48,248 bases of DNA from an uncultured Gammaproteobacteria bacterium (lineage in GTDB: Bacteria; Patescibacteriota; Microgenomatia; UBA1406; HO2-37-13b). This document shows positions 8,090-17,917 of this stretch, piece after piece. The notes under the pieces were generated by a model, which was not told the origin of the DNA, searched no databases, and saw only the letters and a list, made by a program, of their open reading frames with translations. Positions within the stretch are counted from its first letter, which is position 1, and each line of letters begins with the position of its first letter. The stretch is from the NCBI GenBank assembly GCA_964636045.1, contig CAZWRH010000001.1:1-48248 (forward strand). Reading direction: 5' to 3'. Both the position numbers and the translations under genes were made by a program.

Positions 8090-10186
8090 ATGAAAATAAT
8101 CAATGAATCCATGCAAATTGGAGACAAGACTTTATCATTTGAACTTGGTAGACTTGCAACCGCAACTGATGTATCAATTTTAGGAAGAATGGGTGATACT
8201 TGTGTTTTAGTTACAGTTGTTGTTGGAAAAGAAAATCCTGATATTGATTATTTTCCACTAACTATTGAATATGTTGAAAAGTTATATGCTGGAGGAAGGA
8301 TTAAAGGTTCAAGATGGGTAAAAAGAGAAGGAAGACCATCTGATGAAGCTATTTTAATTGGTAGACTTATTGATAGATCAATAAGACCATTATTTCCAAA
8401 AGAATTTAAAAGACAAGTTCAAGTAATAATTACTTTATTATCTGTTGATGGAGAAAATTCTCCAGATATTTTATCAGCGATTACAACCTCTGCAGCAGTT
8501 CATTTATCAAGCATTCCATGGAATGGACCAATTTCAACTTTAAGAGTTGGATTCATAAAGTCAAATGGCGGAGAAGGTGATTTAATAATAAATCCTGATG
8601 AACATGATCAAAAATACTCACTTCTTGATCTTGTTGTTTCTTCTTCAGAAGAAAAAGTAGTCATGATTGAAACAAAAGCTGAGATTGTTAAAGATCAAAC
8701 AGTTATTGATGGTATAAAACTTGCCAAAGAAGAAAATAAAAAAATTATTAAATTTATTGAAGGTCTTAGAGAAAAAGCAGGAAGACCAAAACTTGAAGTA
8801 AAATCAGATAGCGATATTGCAAAAATTGTTGAAATTTTGAAAAAAGATTATTCAAAAGAAATTGATACTTATTTATCACATAAAGCTGATAGTGAAAAAA
8901 ATGATAATTCAATTTTGGACGAAGTTGCAAACAGCATTTTAATCAAATATCCAGAAGAATTTGATAGAAAAAAAATCAATGAAGCTTTAACTAAATATTC
9001 TTATAAAAAAGTTAGAGATGATATTTTAGAAAGACAAAAAAGAATTGATGGAAGAAAGATTGATGAAGTGCGAGAACTTTATATTGAATCTTCAATTTTA
9101 CCAAGAACTCATGGAAGTGCTATTTTTCAAAGAGGTCAAACTCAAGTATTATCAATCGCAACTTTAGGTTCTCCAACTTTAGAGCAATTAATTGAGGGAC
9201 CGGAGGGAGAAGAATCAAAAAGATATATTCACCACTATTACATGCCTCCATATTCAGTTGGAGAATGTGGAAGAATGGGATCAACATCAAGACGTGAAAT
9301 TGGACATGGTGCATTAGCTGAAAAAGCTCTTGAACCAGTGCTTCCAACTCAAACAGAATTTCCATACGCAATTAGAGTAGTTTCAGAAGTTTTATCTTCA
9401 AACGGATCAACTTCAATGGCATCAACTTGTGGATCATCTCTTGCCTTAATGGATGCAGGAGTTCCAATAAAAGATGCTGTTGCTGGAATTTCAGTTGGAC
9501 TTGTTTCAAAAACTGATGATGATTATGTTTTATTAACTGACATTATTGGTTATGAAGATTTTGCTGGAGAAATGGATTTTAAAATTGCTGGAACTAAAGA
9601 TGGTATCACAGCAATTCAACTTGATGTTAAAAATAAAGGTTTAACAGAAAAAATGATCGATGAAACTTTTAAAAGAGCAAATACAGCCAGAATGATGATT
9701 CTTGAAAAAATGAATAAAGTTATTTCAGCTCCTAGAAAAGAAGTTTCAAATTATGCACCAAAAGTAGTTATTTTAACTCCTCCTGCTGATAAAATTGGAG
9801 AAATAATTGGACCAGGTGGAAAAAATATTAAACATATAATTGCTCAAACTCAAACAGACATTAATATTTCAGATGATGGAAAAGTAAGTATTTCTGGAAT
9901 TGATATGGAAATGGTTAATAAAGCAGTTGAACTTATTAATAATGTTTATAGAATGGTTGAGGTTGGAGAAGAATTTGATGGAGAAGTAAAAAGAATCTTG
10001 CAATTTGGAGCTTTTGTTGCATTTTTACCAGGAAAAGAAGGTTTGGTTCATGTTTCAAAAATGGGCAAAGGTTTTGTAAAAGATCCACATGACGTTGTCC
10101 AAATTGGAGATAAAGTAAGAGTAAGAGTAAATCAAATTGACAATCAAGGAAGAATCAATTTAGAGATGATTTCTGATAAAAAATAA
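8090..10186 (+). CDS. pnp: Polyribonucleotide nucleotidyltransferase (PNPase)
   Basis: Two RNase PH domains (...RIDGR..., ...GSTSMASTCGSSLALMDAGVP...), a KH domain (GPGGKNIKHI) and a C-terminal S1 domain. rpsO-pnp synteny is preserved. Confidence 0.97.
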   Translation: MKIINESMQIGDKTLSFELGRLATATDVSILGRMGDTCVLVTVVVGKENPDIDYFPLTIEYVEKLYAGGRIKGSRWVKREGRPSDEAILIGRLIDRSIRPLFPKEFKRQVQVIITLLSVDGENSPDILSAITTSAAVHLSSIPWNGPISTLRVGFIKSNGGEGDLIINPDEHDQKYSLLDLVVSSSEEKVVMIETKAEIVKDQTVIDGIKLAKEENKKIIKFIEGLREKAGRPKLEVKSDSDIAKIVEILKKDYSKEIDTYLSHKADSEKNDNSILDEVANSILIKYPEEFDRKKINEALTKYSYKKVRDDILERQKRIDGRKIDEVRELYIESSILPRTHGSAIFQRGQTQVLSIATLGSPTLEQLIEGPEGEESKRYIHHYYMPPYSVGECGRMGSTSRREIGHGALAEKALEPVLPTQTEFPYAIRVVSEVLSSNGSTSMASTCGSSLALMDAGVPIKDAVAGISVGLVSKTDDDYVLLTDIIGYEDFAGEMDFKIAGTKDGITAIQLDVKNKGLTEKMIDETFKRANTARMMILEKMNKVISAPRKEVSNYAPKVVILTPPADKIGEIIGPGGKNIKHIIAQTQTDINISDDGKVSISGIDMEMVNKAVELINNVYRMVEVGEEFDGEVKRILQFGAFVAFLPGKEGLVHVSKMGKGFVKDPHDVVQIGDKVRVRVNQIDNQGRINLEMISDKK

Positions 10187-10201
10187 TCTACAATCATCTA
10201 T

Positions 10202-12361
10202 ATGGCAAGAAGAAAGAGCATTCTTAAGATTCCTTTTATTAAATTTAAAATTAATAAAAATACTTTTTTTAATTCTATTGGTTTTGTTATTTTTGGTTTT
10301 GCAGTTATTTTAATGATGTCATTTCTTCAAAATGGAGATGTATTAACTCTTATTAATGTTTCCTTAGTTGAAAAATTAGGCGGTATGGCTTTTTTCTCAA
10401 CTTTTTTAATTATTCTTTTTTCTACTCATTTTTTTAATTCTAAAAAATTAAAAATTATTAGATTTAATATTACTTTAGGATTAACACTAATGTTTATTGC
10501 ATTACTTGGACTTTTAAAATCAGGTCAATATGGTGAATTTATTTTTTCTAATTTAGAGTTAGATTTTTCTGTTTATGGAGCTTTGTTGGTTTTGTCTTTA
10601 GTTTTTATTATTGGATTAATTCTTTTTTTAGACACTTCAATTGATGTATTTATTTTATTTATTTTTAGTATTTTAAAAAAAATATTTTTTGTTTTTAAAA
10701 ATTACGTTTTTAGATCTTTTTTTGAAAAAAAGAAAAGTAGTATTCAAGATAAAAAATTTCTTTCAGACGATAAAGAGTATTTAAAAGAAGAGCAAAGAAT
10801 AGAGATGGAAGATAAAAAACAACAAGCAACAAACGTATCTGCAAAACCACAAGTAGATCAAAAACAACCAGGAGAATTTAGAGTAACAATTGCTCCAAAA
10901 GATCTTCAATACAACTATAAACTACCATCGCTTGATGTTTTAACTGAGTCTGTAAGTCGCGAAGCAGATAGGGGAGACACAAAATTTAATGCACACAAAA
11001 TTGAAACTACTTTAGAGAGTTTTGGAATAGGCGCAGAAGTTGTTGATTTTAAAAAAGGTCCAACTGTTAGTCAATATGCGTTAAAACTTGATATTGGTAC
11101 AAAGCTTTCAAAAATTACAACATTATCAAATGATTTAGCATTAGCTCTTGCTGCAAAAGGAGGACAAATTAGAATAGAAGCTCCAATACCTGGAAAATCA
11201 CTAGTTGGAATTGAAGTTCCAAATATTAGACCAGAGATAGTTACTTTAAAGAAACTTTTAAGTTCAAAAATATTTCAAGAAAACGATAGTCCACTTTTTG
11301 TACCTATGGGACTTGATGTCTCTGGTGAATCTATAGCCGCCTCAATTAATAAATTTCCTCATGCTTTAATTGCTGGAACTACTGGATCTGGAAAATCCGT
11401 TATGTTAAATGTTTGGATTTGTTCATTTTTATTTAGAGCAAGACCAGAAGAACTTAAATTAATTTTAGTTGATCCAAAAAGAGTGGAATTAACTGTTTAT
11501 AATGGTATTCCACATTTATTGTCACCTGTTATTGTTGATCCAAAAGAGATTATTTCTGCATTAAAATGGACGGTTGGAGAAATGGAATCTCGTTATAAAA
11601 TTTTTGCAGGACATGGAGTAAAAAGTTTAGAAAGTTACAATTCTTTAGAAGGTGTAGAAAAAAAACCATATATTGTTTTTGTAATTGATGAATTAGCTGA
11701 TTTAATGATGTTTGCTTCAAATGAAGCTGAAGGACTAATCACAAGAATTGCACAAATGGCACGTGCAACAGGAATTCATTTAATTTTAGCAACTCAAAGA
11801 CCTTCTGTTGATGTTATTACAGGACTTATGAAGGCAAATATTCCAACTAGAATTGCATTTAATGTTGCGTCCATGATGGACTCAAGAGTTGTTCTTGATT
11901 CCCCAGGTGCAGAAAAATTACTTGGAAAAGGAGATATGTTATTTCAACCTCCAGATCAACCTAAACCTTCAAGAATACAAGCTCCATATATCTCTGAAAA
12001 AGAAGTAGCTCAGGTAGTAAAAATGATTAAGGATCAAGTTCCGGTAGTTCATTATACTGAGGAAGTTGTTAATCAAGATGTTAGTATAAAAGGAATGCCA
12101 GGAATGTCTTCAACATCATCTCAAGATTCATCAGAAAGAGATACTTTATATAAAGATATTTTAGGATTTATTTTTGAAACTGGAAAAGTTTCAACTTCTT
12201 TAATTCAAAGGAAATTTAAAATTGGATTTAACAGAGCAGCAAGAATTATGGAACAACTTGAGGCTGATGGATATGTTGGTCCAGCAACTGGAACAAAAGC
12301 TAGAGATGTTATAAGAAGATCAGATTCTACATCAACAATACAAACAGAAGAAATAGTTTAA
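10202..12361 (+). CDS. ftsK: DNA translocase FtsK/SpoIIIE
   Basis: N-terminal TM helices, motor domain with Walker A GTTGSGKS and Walker B FVIDELADLM, and a C-terminal gamma winged-helix domain (LIQRKFKIGFNRAARIMEQLE). Confidence 0.95.
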   Translation: MARRKSILKIPFIKFKINKNTFFNSIGFVIFGFAVILMMSFLQNGDVLTLINVSLVEKLGGMAFFSTFLIILFSTHFFNSKKLKIIRFNITLGLTLMFIALLGLLKSGQYGEFIFSNLELDFSVYGALLVLSLVFIIGLILFLDTSIDVFILFIFSILKKIFFVFKNYVFRSFFEKKKSSIQDKKFLSDDKEYLKEEQRIEMEDKKQQATNVSAKPQVDQKQPGEFRVTIAPKDLQYNYKLPSLDVLTESVSREADRGDTKFNAHKIETTLESFGIGAEVVDFKKGPTVSQYALKLDIGTKLSKITTLSNDLALALAAKGGQIRIEAPIPGKSLVGIEVPNIRPEIVTLKKLLSSKIFQENDSPLFVPMGLDVSGESIAASINKFPHALIAGTTGSGKSVMLNVWICSFLFRARPEELKLILVDPKRVELTVYNGIPHLLSPVIVDPKEIISALKWTVGEMESRYKIFAGHGVKSLESYNSLEGVEKKPYIVFVIDELADLMMFASNEAEGLITRIAQMARATGIHLILATQRPSVDVITGLMKANIPTRIAFNVASMMDSRVVLDSPGAEKLLGKGDMLFQPPDQPKPSRIQAPYISEKEVAQVVKMIKDQVPVVHYTEEVVNQDVSIKGMPGMSSTSSQDSSERDTLYKDILGFIFETGKVSTSLIQRKFKIGFNRAARIMEQLEADGYVGPATGTKARDVIRRSDSTSTIQTEEIV

Positions 12362-13320
12362 TTTAAATATTTTTCAATATTCGCATTATGTTCTTCATCA
12401 GTTATAGCATAATGCATATTTCCATTTCTATCAGTAATATAGTACCAATATGGTGTATTTTCATTGGCATTAACAACAGCCATTATTGATGAAATTCCGG
12501 GATTACAGATTGGTCCAGGAGGTAATCCTTCATATTTATAAGTATTATATTTTGAAGCAATTTGTAAATCATCATATGTGAGATTTGTTTTCCACCAAGT
12601 TTTTTCATTGGATTGATATCCTAAAGCATATTGAACAGTAGCATCAATTTGTAATTTCCAATCATTTTTATATCTTTTTAAAATAATAGATGCAACTTCA
12701 AGACGTGCTTTTTCGGATCTTGCTTCTCTTTCAACTAATGACGCAATTGTTAGAACTTTTTGTAAAGACAAACCTTTTTGAGTAGCTTTGTTTTTTAGTT
12801 CAGTTGTGTATTTTTGATTGAAATTATTTTCAAAAATTTTAATAATAGTTTCAGGTGTTGCGTCTTTTGGTACAAGGTACGTGTCAGGAAATAAGAAACC
12901 TTCACTAGCTACTTTAATAAATTCATTTTCAGGAATACTAAGCTCTTTTGAAATGATTTGTGCAATCTCTTCTTTTCTAAGTCCTTCAATTACTGTTACC
13001 CAAGTATCCAAACTTCCTTTTGTTAAGCTTTTTGCAATTTCATAAATATTCATAGAAGGAGAAAGTCGGAAATCACCAGCTTGAATTTTTGTATCTATTC
13101 CAAGCTGTTTAACAACAAAATAAAAAACAAGTTTGCTTCTTATAAAACCATTTTTTTCTAATTTTTTTGCAATTTCATTAACATTATCACCTTTATTAAT
13201 GACAAATATGCTTGTGTTTTTGTTTTTTTCTGCAACAGGCATTGTTCCTTCTTTATAGTAGAAAAAACAAGAAACTATTATTAATAAAACTAAAATTAAT
13301 AGAATAAATATTTTTTTCAT
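12358..13320 (-). CDS. mltG: Endolytic murein transglycosylase MltG (YceG-like)
   Basis: N-terminal TM anchor and YceG signatures (...TVIEGLRKEEIA..., ...ASLVEREA..., ...YNTYKYEGLPPGPICNPG...). Confidence 0.9.
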   Translation of the reverse strand: MKKIFILLILVLLIIVSCFFYYKEGTMPVAEKNKNTSIFVINKGDNVNEIAKKLEKNGFIRSKLVFYFVVKQLGIDTKIQAGDFRLSPSMNIYEIAKSLTKGSLDTWVTVIEGLRKEEIAQIISKELSIPENEFIKVASEGFLFPDTYLVPKDATPETIIKIFENNFNQKYTTELKNKATQKGLSLQKVLTIASLVEREARSEKARLEVASIILKRYKNDWKLQIDATVQYALGYQSNEKTWWKTNLTYDDLQIASKYNTYKYEGLPPGPICNPGISSIMAVVNANENTPYWYYITDRNGNMHYAITDEEHNANIEKYLN

Positions 13321-13330
13321 ATATTATATT

Positions 13331-14584
13331 TTACAAAATTTCATAAATTGGAAAATTTTTATTAGTATCAAGAGCTTCTTTAAGTTTTATTTTTTCAGTT
13401 GAATATAAAGTACAAATTACTTCATGTTTATCAACTTTATTATCAATTTTTTTATTTAAAAATAAACCGCTAAACTTGTCATCAGGGGCACCAAGTATCT
13501 TTGCTATGCTATTTAGGTTGAAATTATTTATATCTTTTATAGTACCGGACTTATTGGCTAATAATTCATATTGGAAAAGTCTTTTTTTATTTAATATTTT
13601 TTCTGAAGTAACATTTTCATCTCCACCTTGTTCTTTGATTATTTCCAAAAACTTTTTAAGTGCAGTTTTTTCATTTAATATTTTTTCAGCTTCTTCATAT
13701 CCATTTTTATTAATTTTTGCTGTTTTATAGCAAATATCAAGAAGCATACCTGCAAGTTTTAAAGATCTTTTTTCAAGATCTAATGGTCTTTTTTCGTTTC
13801 TTTCTAATACATATAAAACATCACGTGCCTCAAGTGCTGGTCCAATTCCGTTACCTGCTGGCTCATGGGTTCCTGAAATATTTGCAACTATATTAATGTC
13901 AAATTTTTTTCCGAGCGCAATAAATTTATCAACTGTAGTTTTTGCATCTTTAAAGTGAGTTATTTTCATTGTTTTTCCAACAGGAATATCTAAAACTAAA
14001 TGATTAGTTCCTGCAGCAATTTTTTTAGCCATTATTGAAACAATAACTTTATCAAAAGATTCAAAAGATAAAGGTTTTTCTACTCTAATAATTACATCAT
14101 CGGCAGGTGCTATTCCTAAGTGTCCTCCCCATATAATACAACCACCAACTTTTTCAACGATTTTAGTAATTTTTTTTGTATCAAAAGTTACTGGAGCAAA
14201 TATTTCCATAACATCAGCAGTTCCTGCAGGGGAGGTTATGGCGCGAGACGAGGTTTTTGGAATTGTAAAACCTGCAGCGGCGATTATTGGGACTATTATC
14301 ATTGTGGCGCGAGTACCAGCAACTCCACCAATAGAATGTTTATCAGCAACAATTCCAGGAAATTTTAATTGTGTTCCAGTCTCTACCATTGCTTTTGTTA
14401 TATAGAAAAGCTCATTATCAGAAAAACCTTCTTTAAAACCTGCGGCAACAAAATAAGTTGTTAAAATATCACCCATTCGCCCACTCGATATCTCATCCAT
14501 TAACGCAAATATTTCTTTATAGTTTAATTTTTTTCCAAGTAACTTTTTTTTAATTGTTTCAAGTGCTTCAAGGTTATTATTCAT
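13331..14584 (-). CDS. deoA: Archaeal-type nucleoside/AMP phosphorylase (thymidine phosphorylase family, DeoA-like)
   Basis: ADKHSIGGVAGTRATMIIVPIIAAAG and KTSSRAITSPAGTADVME. These are the HSIGG / TSSRAITS variants I associate with archaeal AMP phosphorylase-type enzymes, not the bacterial HSTGGVGD form. Confidence 0.7.
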   Translation of the reverse strand: MNNNLEALETIKKKLLGKKLNYKEIFALMDEISSGRMGDILTTYFVAAGFKEGFSDNELFYITKAMVETGTQLKFPGIVADKHSIGGVAGTRATMIIVPIIAAAGFTIPKTSSRAITSPAGTADVMEIFAPVTFDTKKITKIVEKVGGCIIWGGHLGIAPADDVIIRVEKPLSFESFDKVIVSIMAKKIAAGTNHLVLDIPVGKTMKITHFKDAKTTVDKFIALGKKFDINIVANISGTHEPAGNGIGPALEARDVLYVLERNEKRPLDLEKRSLKLAGMLLDICYKTAKINKNGYEEAEKILNEKTALKKFLEIIKEQGGDENVTSEKILNKKRLFQYELLANKSGTIKDINNFNLNSIAKILGAPDDKFSGLFLNKKIDNKVDKHEVICTLYSTEKIKLKEALDTNKNFPIYEIL

Positions 14585-14585
14585 A

Positions 14586-16214
14586 TTATCCTGTGTCAGT
14601 ATAAATTTCTGTAATTTTATTTTTCATTTGCTTAATTTTTGTAAATAGTTGTTTTAAGATATAAATTTCTTCAATAGAAAGTAACCAACTTAAAAATAAG
14701 TAAATTAAAAGAAAAATAATAAAAGTAATTAATAATAAGAAAAAAATATTAATAGTTCTTGTTGTATCGAGTATTAACTTGTCCATTATTTTCATAATTT
14801 CATAGGAGAAAAAGGCAGCAATAGTTGATATTGCATATATTTTAATTGTGTTTTTAATAAGTTTTAATGATTCAAACCCGTTCATTTTTTTATAGAAAAA
14901 TATTAATAAAATAATTACGTTTAACACTATTGCAATAGAAAATGAAATGGCTAAAGACCAAACTGGAAGTTTAAAAATAAAAATAAACAAAACACTAAAA
15001 AAAGTATTAACAAAAACAGAAAATAAATTAATAAAAAATGGAGTTTTGGTATCAAAAGTTGCGTAAAAGGCTCTGTTTATGAAATAAAAAATTGTATGGA
15101 ATGGGATTGATAATGCAAAATAGGACATTGTTAAGGCTGTTTTTGTTGTACCATCCCAGTCAAACTTCTCACCTCCAAAAAATATTCTTACCATTGGGGT
15201 TCTTGCAAATATCAAAAATAAAGAGATTGGTATGGAAATATAAAGTAATTGTAAAATAGAATTAATAAATATTTTTTTCATTTCATCAAGTCTTTTTTCT
15301 TTATAAAGATCTGAAAGGTAAGGCAGAGATGCTTGTCCAAACGACATACCGATAAAAGAAACAGGAAATAGTTGTAAATGTTGTGCAAAAAAGAAGATTG
15401 TATAGCTACCTGGCCCTAACATTGTAGATAGTATTAGATCTATGGTTAGATCTATCTGATTAGTCAAAATTGTAAAAACACGTGGTAGAAATAACGTAAA
15501 AAATTCTTTAAAAGTACTTTTGTTAAAACTAAAAAGACTATATTTAAAATTAGTAACGAAAATTATTGGACATTGAATAATAAAGAATAAAAATCCTCCA
15601 ATAATAGTTCCTATAACTGGTCCATAAATCCAAATATTCGCAGAAAAAAACATTGTTCCAATGATTATTCCAAGATTATATAAGATTGGAGCAATGGCAG
15701 TTATTATAAATATTTTATTAGCTTGTGCTATTCCAGAAAATATATTTCCTAAAACAAGAAATGGTACTTGGGTCAAAAGTAATATTTTTGATAGATTAAT
15801 TACAACTTTTATTTGTTCATTGGTAAAGCCAGGAGTTAGCATTGGAATAATAAAATCAGCCGCAAAAAACATTATAAATATAAAAATAAGTAAACCTAAT
15901 ACTATAAAGTTAATAATTGAGGAAATTTTTTGGTTTAACTCTTCTTTGTTTTTTTCATATTTTATAAATAAAGGAATAAGTGCGGAGGTCAAAGCTCCTG
16001 AGATAAGTATTTCGAATACAAAATCAGGAATTCTGAATGAGGCTAAAAAAAGATCAAGTTCTTCTTTTGAAAAAAAAGTCGCAAGAGTTCTGTATCTTAT
16101 AAATCCAAAAATTCTTGATGCAACTATCATTATGGCAAGAATTAAAGCAGAAGAAACAATGTCTTTCTGTCTATAAAAGATCATTTTCTGCGTATTTTTA
16201 AAGAATTTCTCCAT
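14586..16214 (-). CDS. murJ: Lipid II flippase MurJ (MviN family)
   Basis: 542 aa, about 14 TM segments, and the N-terminal RIFGFIRYRTLATFF signature typical of MurJ. Confidence 0.85.
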   Translation of the reverse strand: MEKFFKNTQKMIFYRQKDIVSSALILAIMIVASRIFGFIRYRTLATFFSKEELDLFLASFRIPDFVFEILISGALTSALIPLFIKYEKNKEELNQKISSIINFIVLGLLIFIFIMFFAADFIIPMLTPGFTNEQIKVVINLSKILLLTQVPFLVLGNIFSGIAQANKIFIITAIAPILYNLGIIIGTMFFSANIWIYGPVIGTIIGGFLFFIIQCPIIFVTNFKYSLFSFNKSTFKEFFTLFLPRVFTILTNQIDLTIDLILSTMLGPGSYTIFFFAQHLQLFPVSFIGMSFGQASLPYLSDLYKEKRLDEMKKIFINSILQLLYISIPISLFLIFARTPMVRIFFGGEKFDWDGTTKTALTMSYFALSIPFHTIFYFINRAFYATFDTKTPFFINLFSVFVNTFFSVLFIFIFKLPVWSLAISFSIAIVLNVIILLIFFYKKMNGFESLKLIKNTIKIYAISTIAAFFSYEIMKIMDKLILDTTRTINIFFLLLITFIIFLLIYLFLSWLLSIEEIYILKQLFTKIKQMKNKITEIYTDTG

Positions 16215-16305
16215 AATTTAAAGTATATAAATTATAACAATAAAATCTTAGATAAAAGTATTGTATATTTTAAAATTTTAATCTACACTTAAATTATTGT
16301 TTGTG

Positions 16306-16333
16306 TTGAAATATAGATGTAATCAATTACAAT
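16306..16333 (+). promoter_or_regulatory. Sigma-70-type promoter TTGAAA-16-TACAAT for rpsT (predicted ~60-nt leader)
   Basis: TTGAAA at 16306-16311, TACAAT at 16328-16333, and a downstream leader ending in a strong SD. Confidence 0.5.
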
Positions 16334-16381
16334 ATACAGGTCTATGAGGACAGTTTTTAATAAAACTTCTCAACTAGACAA

Positions 16382-16387
16382 AGGAGG
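16382..16387 (+). promoter_or_regulatory. Shine-Dalgarno AGGAGG, 12 nt upstream of the rpsT ATG
   Basis: aaAGGAGGtgaaaataacatATG. This is the only clean canonical SD I could find before any gene in the window. Confidence 0.7.
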
Positions 16388-16399
16388 TGAAAATAACAT

Positions 16400-16624
16400 A
16401 TGCCAATAATAAAATCAGCAATAAAAAAAATGAAACAGGACAAGAAAAAAACAAAGTTGAATTTTTCATATAAAAAAGCTTATAAAGAAAGTATAAAAGG
16501 AAAAAAAGATATAAAAGAAGTGTATTCAAAAATTGATAAAGCAACTAAAAAAGGAGTTTTACATAAAAACAAAGCCGCAAGACTTAAGTCACAATATGCA
16601 AAATTATCAAAAGCTAAGAAATGA
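16400..16624 (+). CDS. rpsT: 30S ribosomal protein S20
   Basis: MPIIKSAIKKMKQDKKKTKLN...KGVLHKNKAARLKSQ. The size and basic composition are typical of S20. Confidence 0.85.
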   Translation: MPIIKSAIKKMKQDKKKTKLNFSYKKAYKESIKGKKDIKEVYSKIDKATKKGVLHKNKAARLKSQYAKLSKAKK

Positions 16625-17139
16625 AAAAATACAAAATAAATTTACTTAAGAAAAATCAAGAAGATGTTAATAAAAAATTAACATTCTTTTTATTACATTA
16701 TTTAAGGTATATTGTCGTGGTTACTGCAACTATAACTCTTGGTGTATTTTTTTATCGCCTACTTGTTGATACAGAAATCGCAGATTTAAAAGAAAGAATT
16801 CCTGAGAAAGCAGAAATAATAAAAGTAACAAATCCGATCGTTGTTAAAACTGATGAAATTAACTATAAATTAAAGACTATTAAAAAAATAGTTGATGAAC
16901 AGTCTGGTTTTTTAAAACAAGTAGATTATGTTTTTAAAAACGTTCCGCAAAGATTAGTTTTAGATAATTTTGCGTACGAAAATAAAAGAATATCAATTTC
17001 TGGTAATTCAATGGATGTTTATACTATTAAGCAATTTGCTGAAAGGTTAAAAAAATCTAAAATTTTTAAAAACGTTGCAATTGATAGTGTTGTAAAAAGT
17101 AATTTTGGATTTACTTTTGCAATTTCAATTTTGATTTAA
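16621..17139 (+). CDS. pilN: Type IV pilus assembly protein PilN-like
   Basis: N-terminal INLL motif (MKKYKINLLKK), a single TM helix and a C-terminal ferredoxin-like region (...RISISGNSMDVYTIKQFAERLKKSKIFKNV...). The start overlaps the rpsT stop (ATGA). Confidence 0.6.
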   Translation: MKKYKINLLKKNQEDVNKKLTFFLLHYLRYIVVVTATITLGVFFYRLLVDTEIADLKERIPEKAEIIKVTNPIVVKTDEINYKLKTIKKIVDEQSGFLKQVDYVFKNVPQRLVLDNFAYENKRISISGNSMDVYTIKQFAERLKKSKIFKNVAIDSVVKSNFGFTFAISILI

Positions 17140-17145
17140 TTTTTT

Positions 17146-17733
17146 ATGGATAAAGAATTTATTTTAAATAGTATTAGCAAAAAAAAAGAAGTAAAGGATT
17201 ATTTTTATATAATTTTATTTTTACTTACTTCTTCTTTTTTTATAATTTACATTATTAAACCTTCATTAATTACTGCTTTTAGCCTCCAGGAAGAAATTTC
17301 TAACTTGAAAGTAGTTAGCGAAATGTATGATAGAAATATTGAAGAGATTCAAAAAGCAGGGAATTTTTTAGAAAAAATAAGAGACAAAGTTGATTTAGTT
17401 GATGAATCTATTCCGGAAATGCCTGACACAAAAACTCTTATTGATGATATTAAAAAAACAGCAAGTAATGAAGGGATCGTTATTAAAAACTTGAGTCTTT
17501 CGAGTGTTGATATAAAAAGTGAGGATGAGAAATCAAAAGACGTAAAAACGATTTTAGTTAATATGGAAGTTAAATCAGACTATTTTCAATTATACAATCT
17601 TGTAAAAGGATTAACAGATCAAAGAAGGTTAAAAACTATAAAAAGATTGCAGATCTCAAAAACAGATAAAAATATTTCATCAGATGAATCAAGTTTAAAG
17701 CTATATTTAGAAGTTTTTGGTTATTATTTATGA
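17146..17733 (+). CDS. pilO: Type IV pilus assembly protein PilO-like
   Basis: A TM helix, a coiled-coil, then IPEMPDTKTLIDDIKKTASNEGIVIKNLSL...MEVKSDYFQLYNLVKGLTDQRRLKTIKRLQI, which follows the PilO core pattern. Confidence 0.6.
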   Translation: MDKEFILNSISKKKEVKDYFYIILFLLTSSFFIIYIIKPSLITAFSLQEEISNLKVVSEMYDRNIEEIQKAGNFLEKIRDKVDLVDESIPEMPDTKTLIDDIKKTASNEGIVIKNLSLSSVDIKSEDEKSKDVKTILVNMEVKSDYFQLYNLVKGLTDQRRLKTIKRLQISKTDKNISSDESSLKLYLEVFGYYL

Positions 17734-17915
17734 AACAAAGAGAGATATTTATCATTTCAATAGTTATTTTTTTAACAATTTTATCTTGGCTATTAATTGA
17801 TATTGCTCATATAAAAACACTTAAAAATGATGAAAAAATTAATTACCAAATTCCTAAAAGACTAAACTTAAACATTGATTCAAAATTATTTGAGATTTTA
17901 GAAAGTAAAAAATAA
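17730..17915 (+). CDS. Small single-pass membrane protein
   Basis: 61 aa with an N-terminal TM helix. It is translationally coupled to pilO (ATGA overlap). Confidence 0.5.
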   Translation: MKQREIFIISIVIFLTILSWLLIDIAHIKTLKNDEKINYQIPKRLNLNIDSKLFEILESKK

Positions 17916-17917
17916 TT

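Noticed and set aside
10189-10194. TACAAT 7 nt before the ftsK ATG as an independent promoter
   Set aside because: It is kept only as one example in the leaderless-pattern finding. It lies 3 nt after the pnp stop and has no credible -35, so it may be chance and ftsK may be co-transcribed with pnp.
15661-16176. 171-aa plus-strand ORF in the six-frame track
   Set aside because: It lies entirely antisense to the well-supported murJ gene. Its hydrophobic, Ile/Lys-rich translation is the expected shadow of an AT-rich membrane-protein gene, and it has no promoter or motif support.
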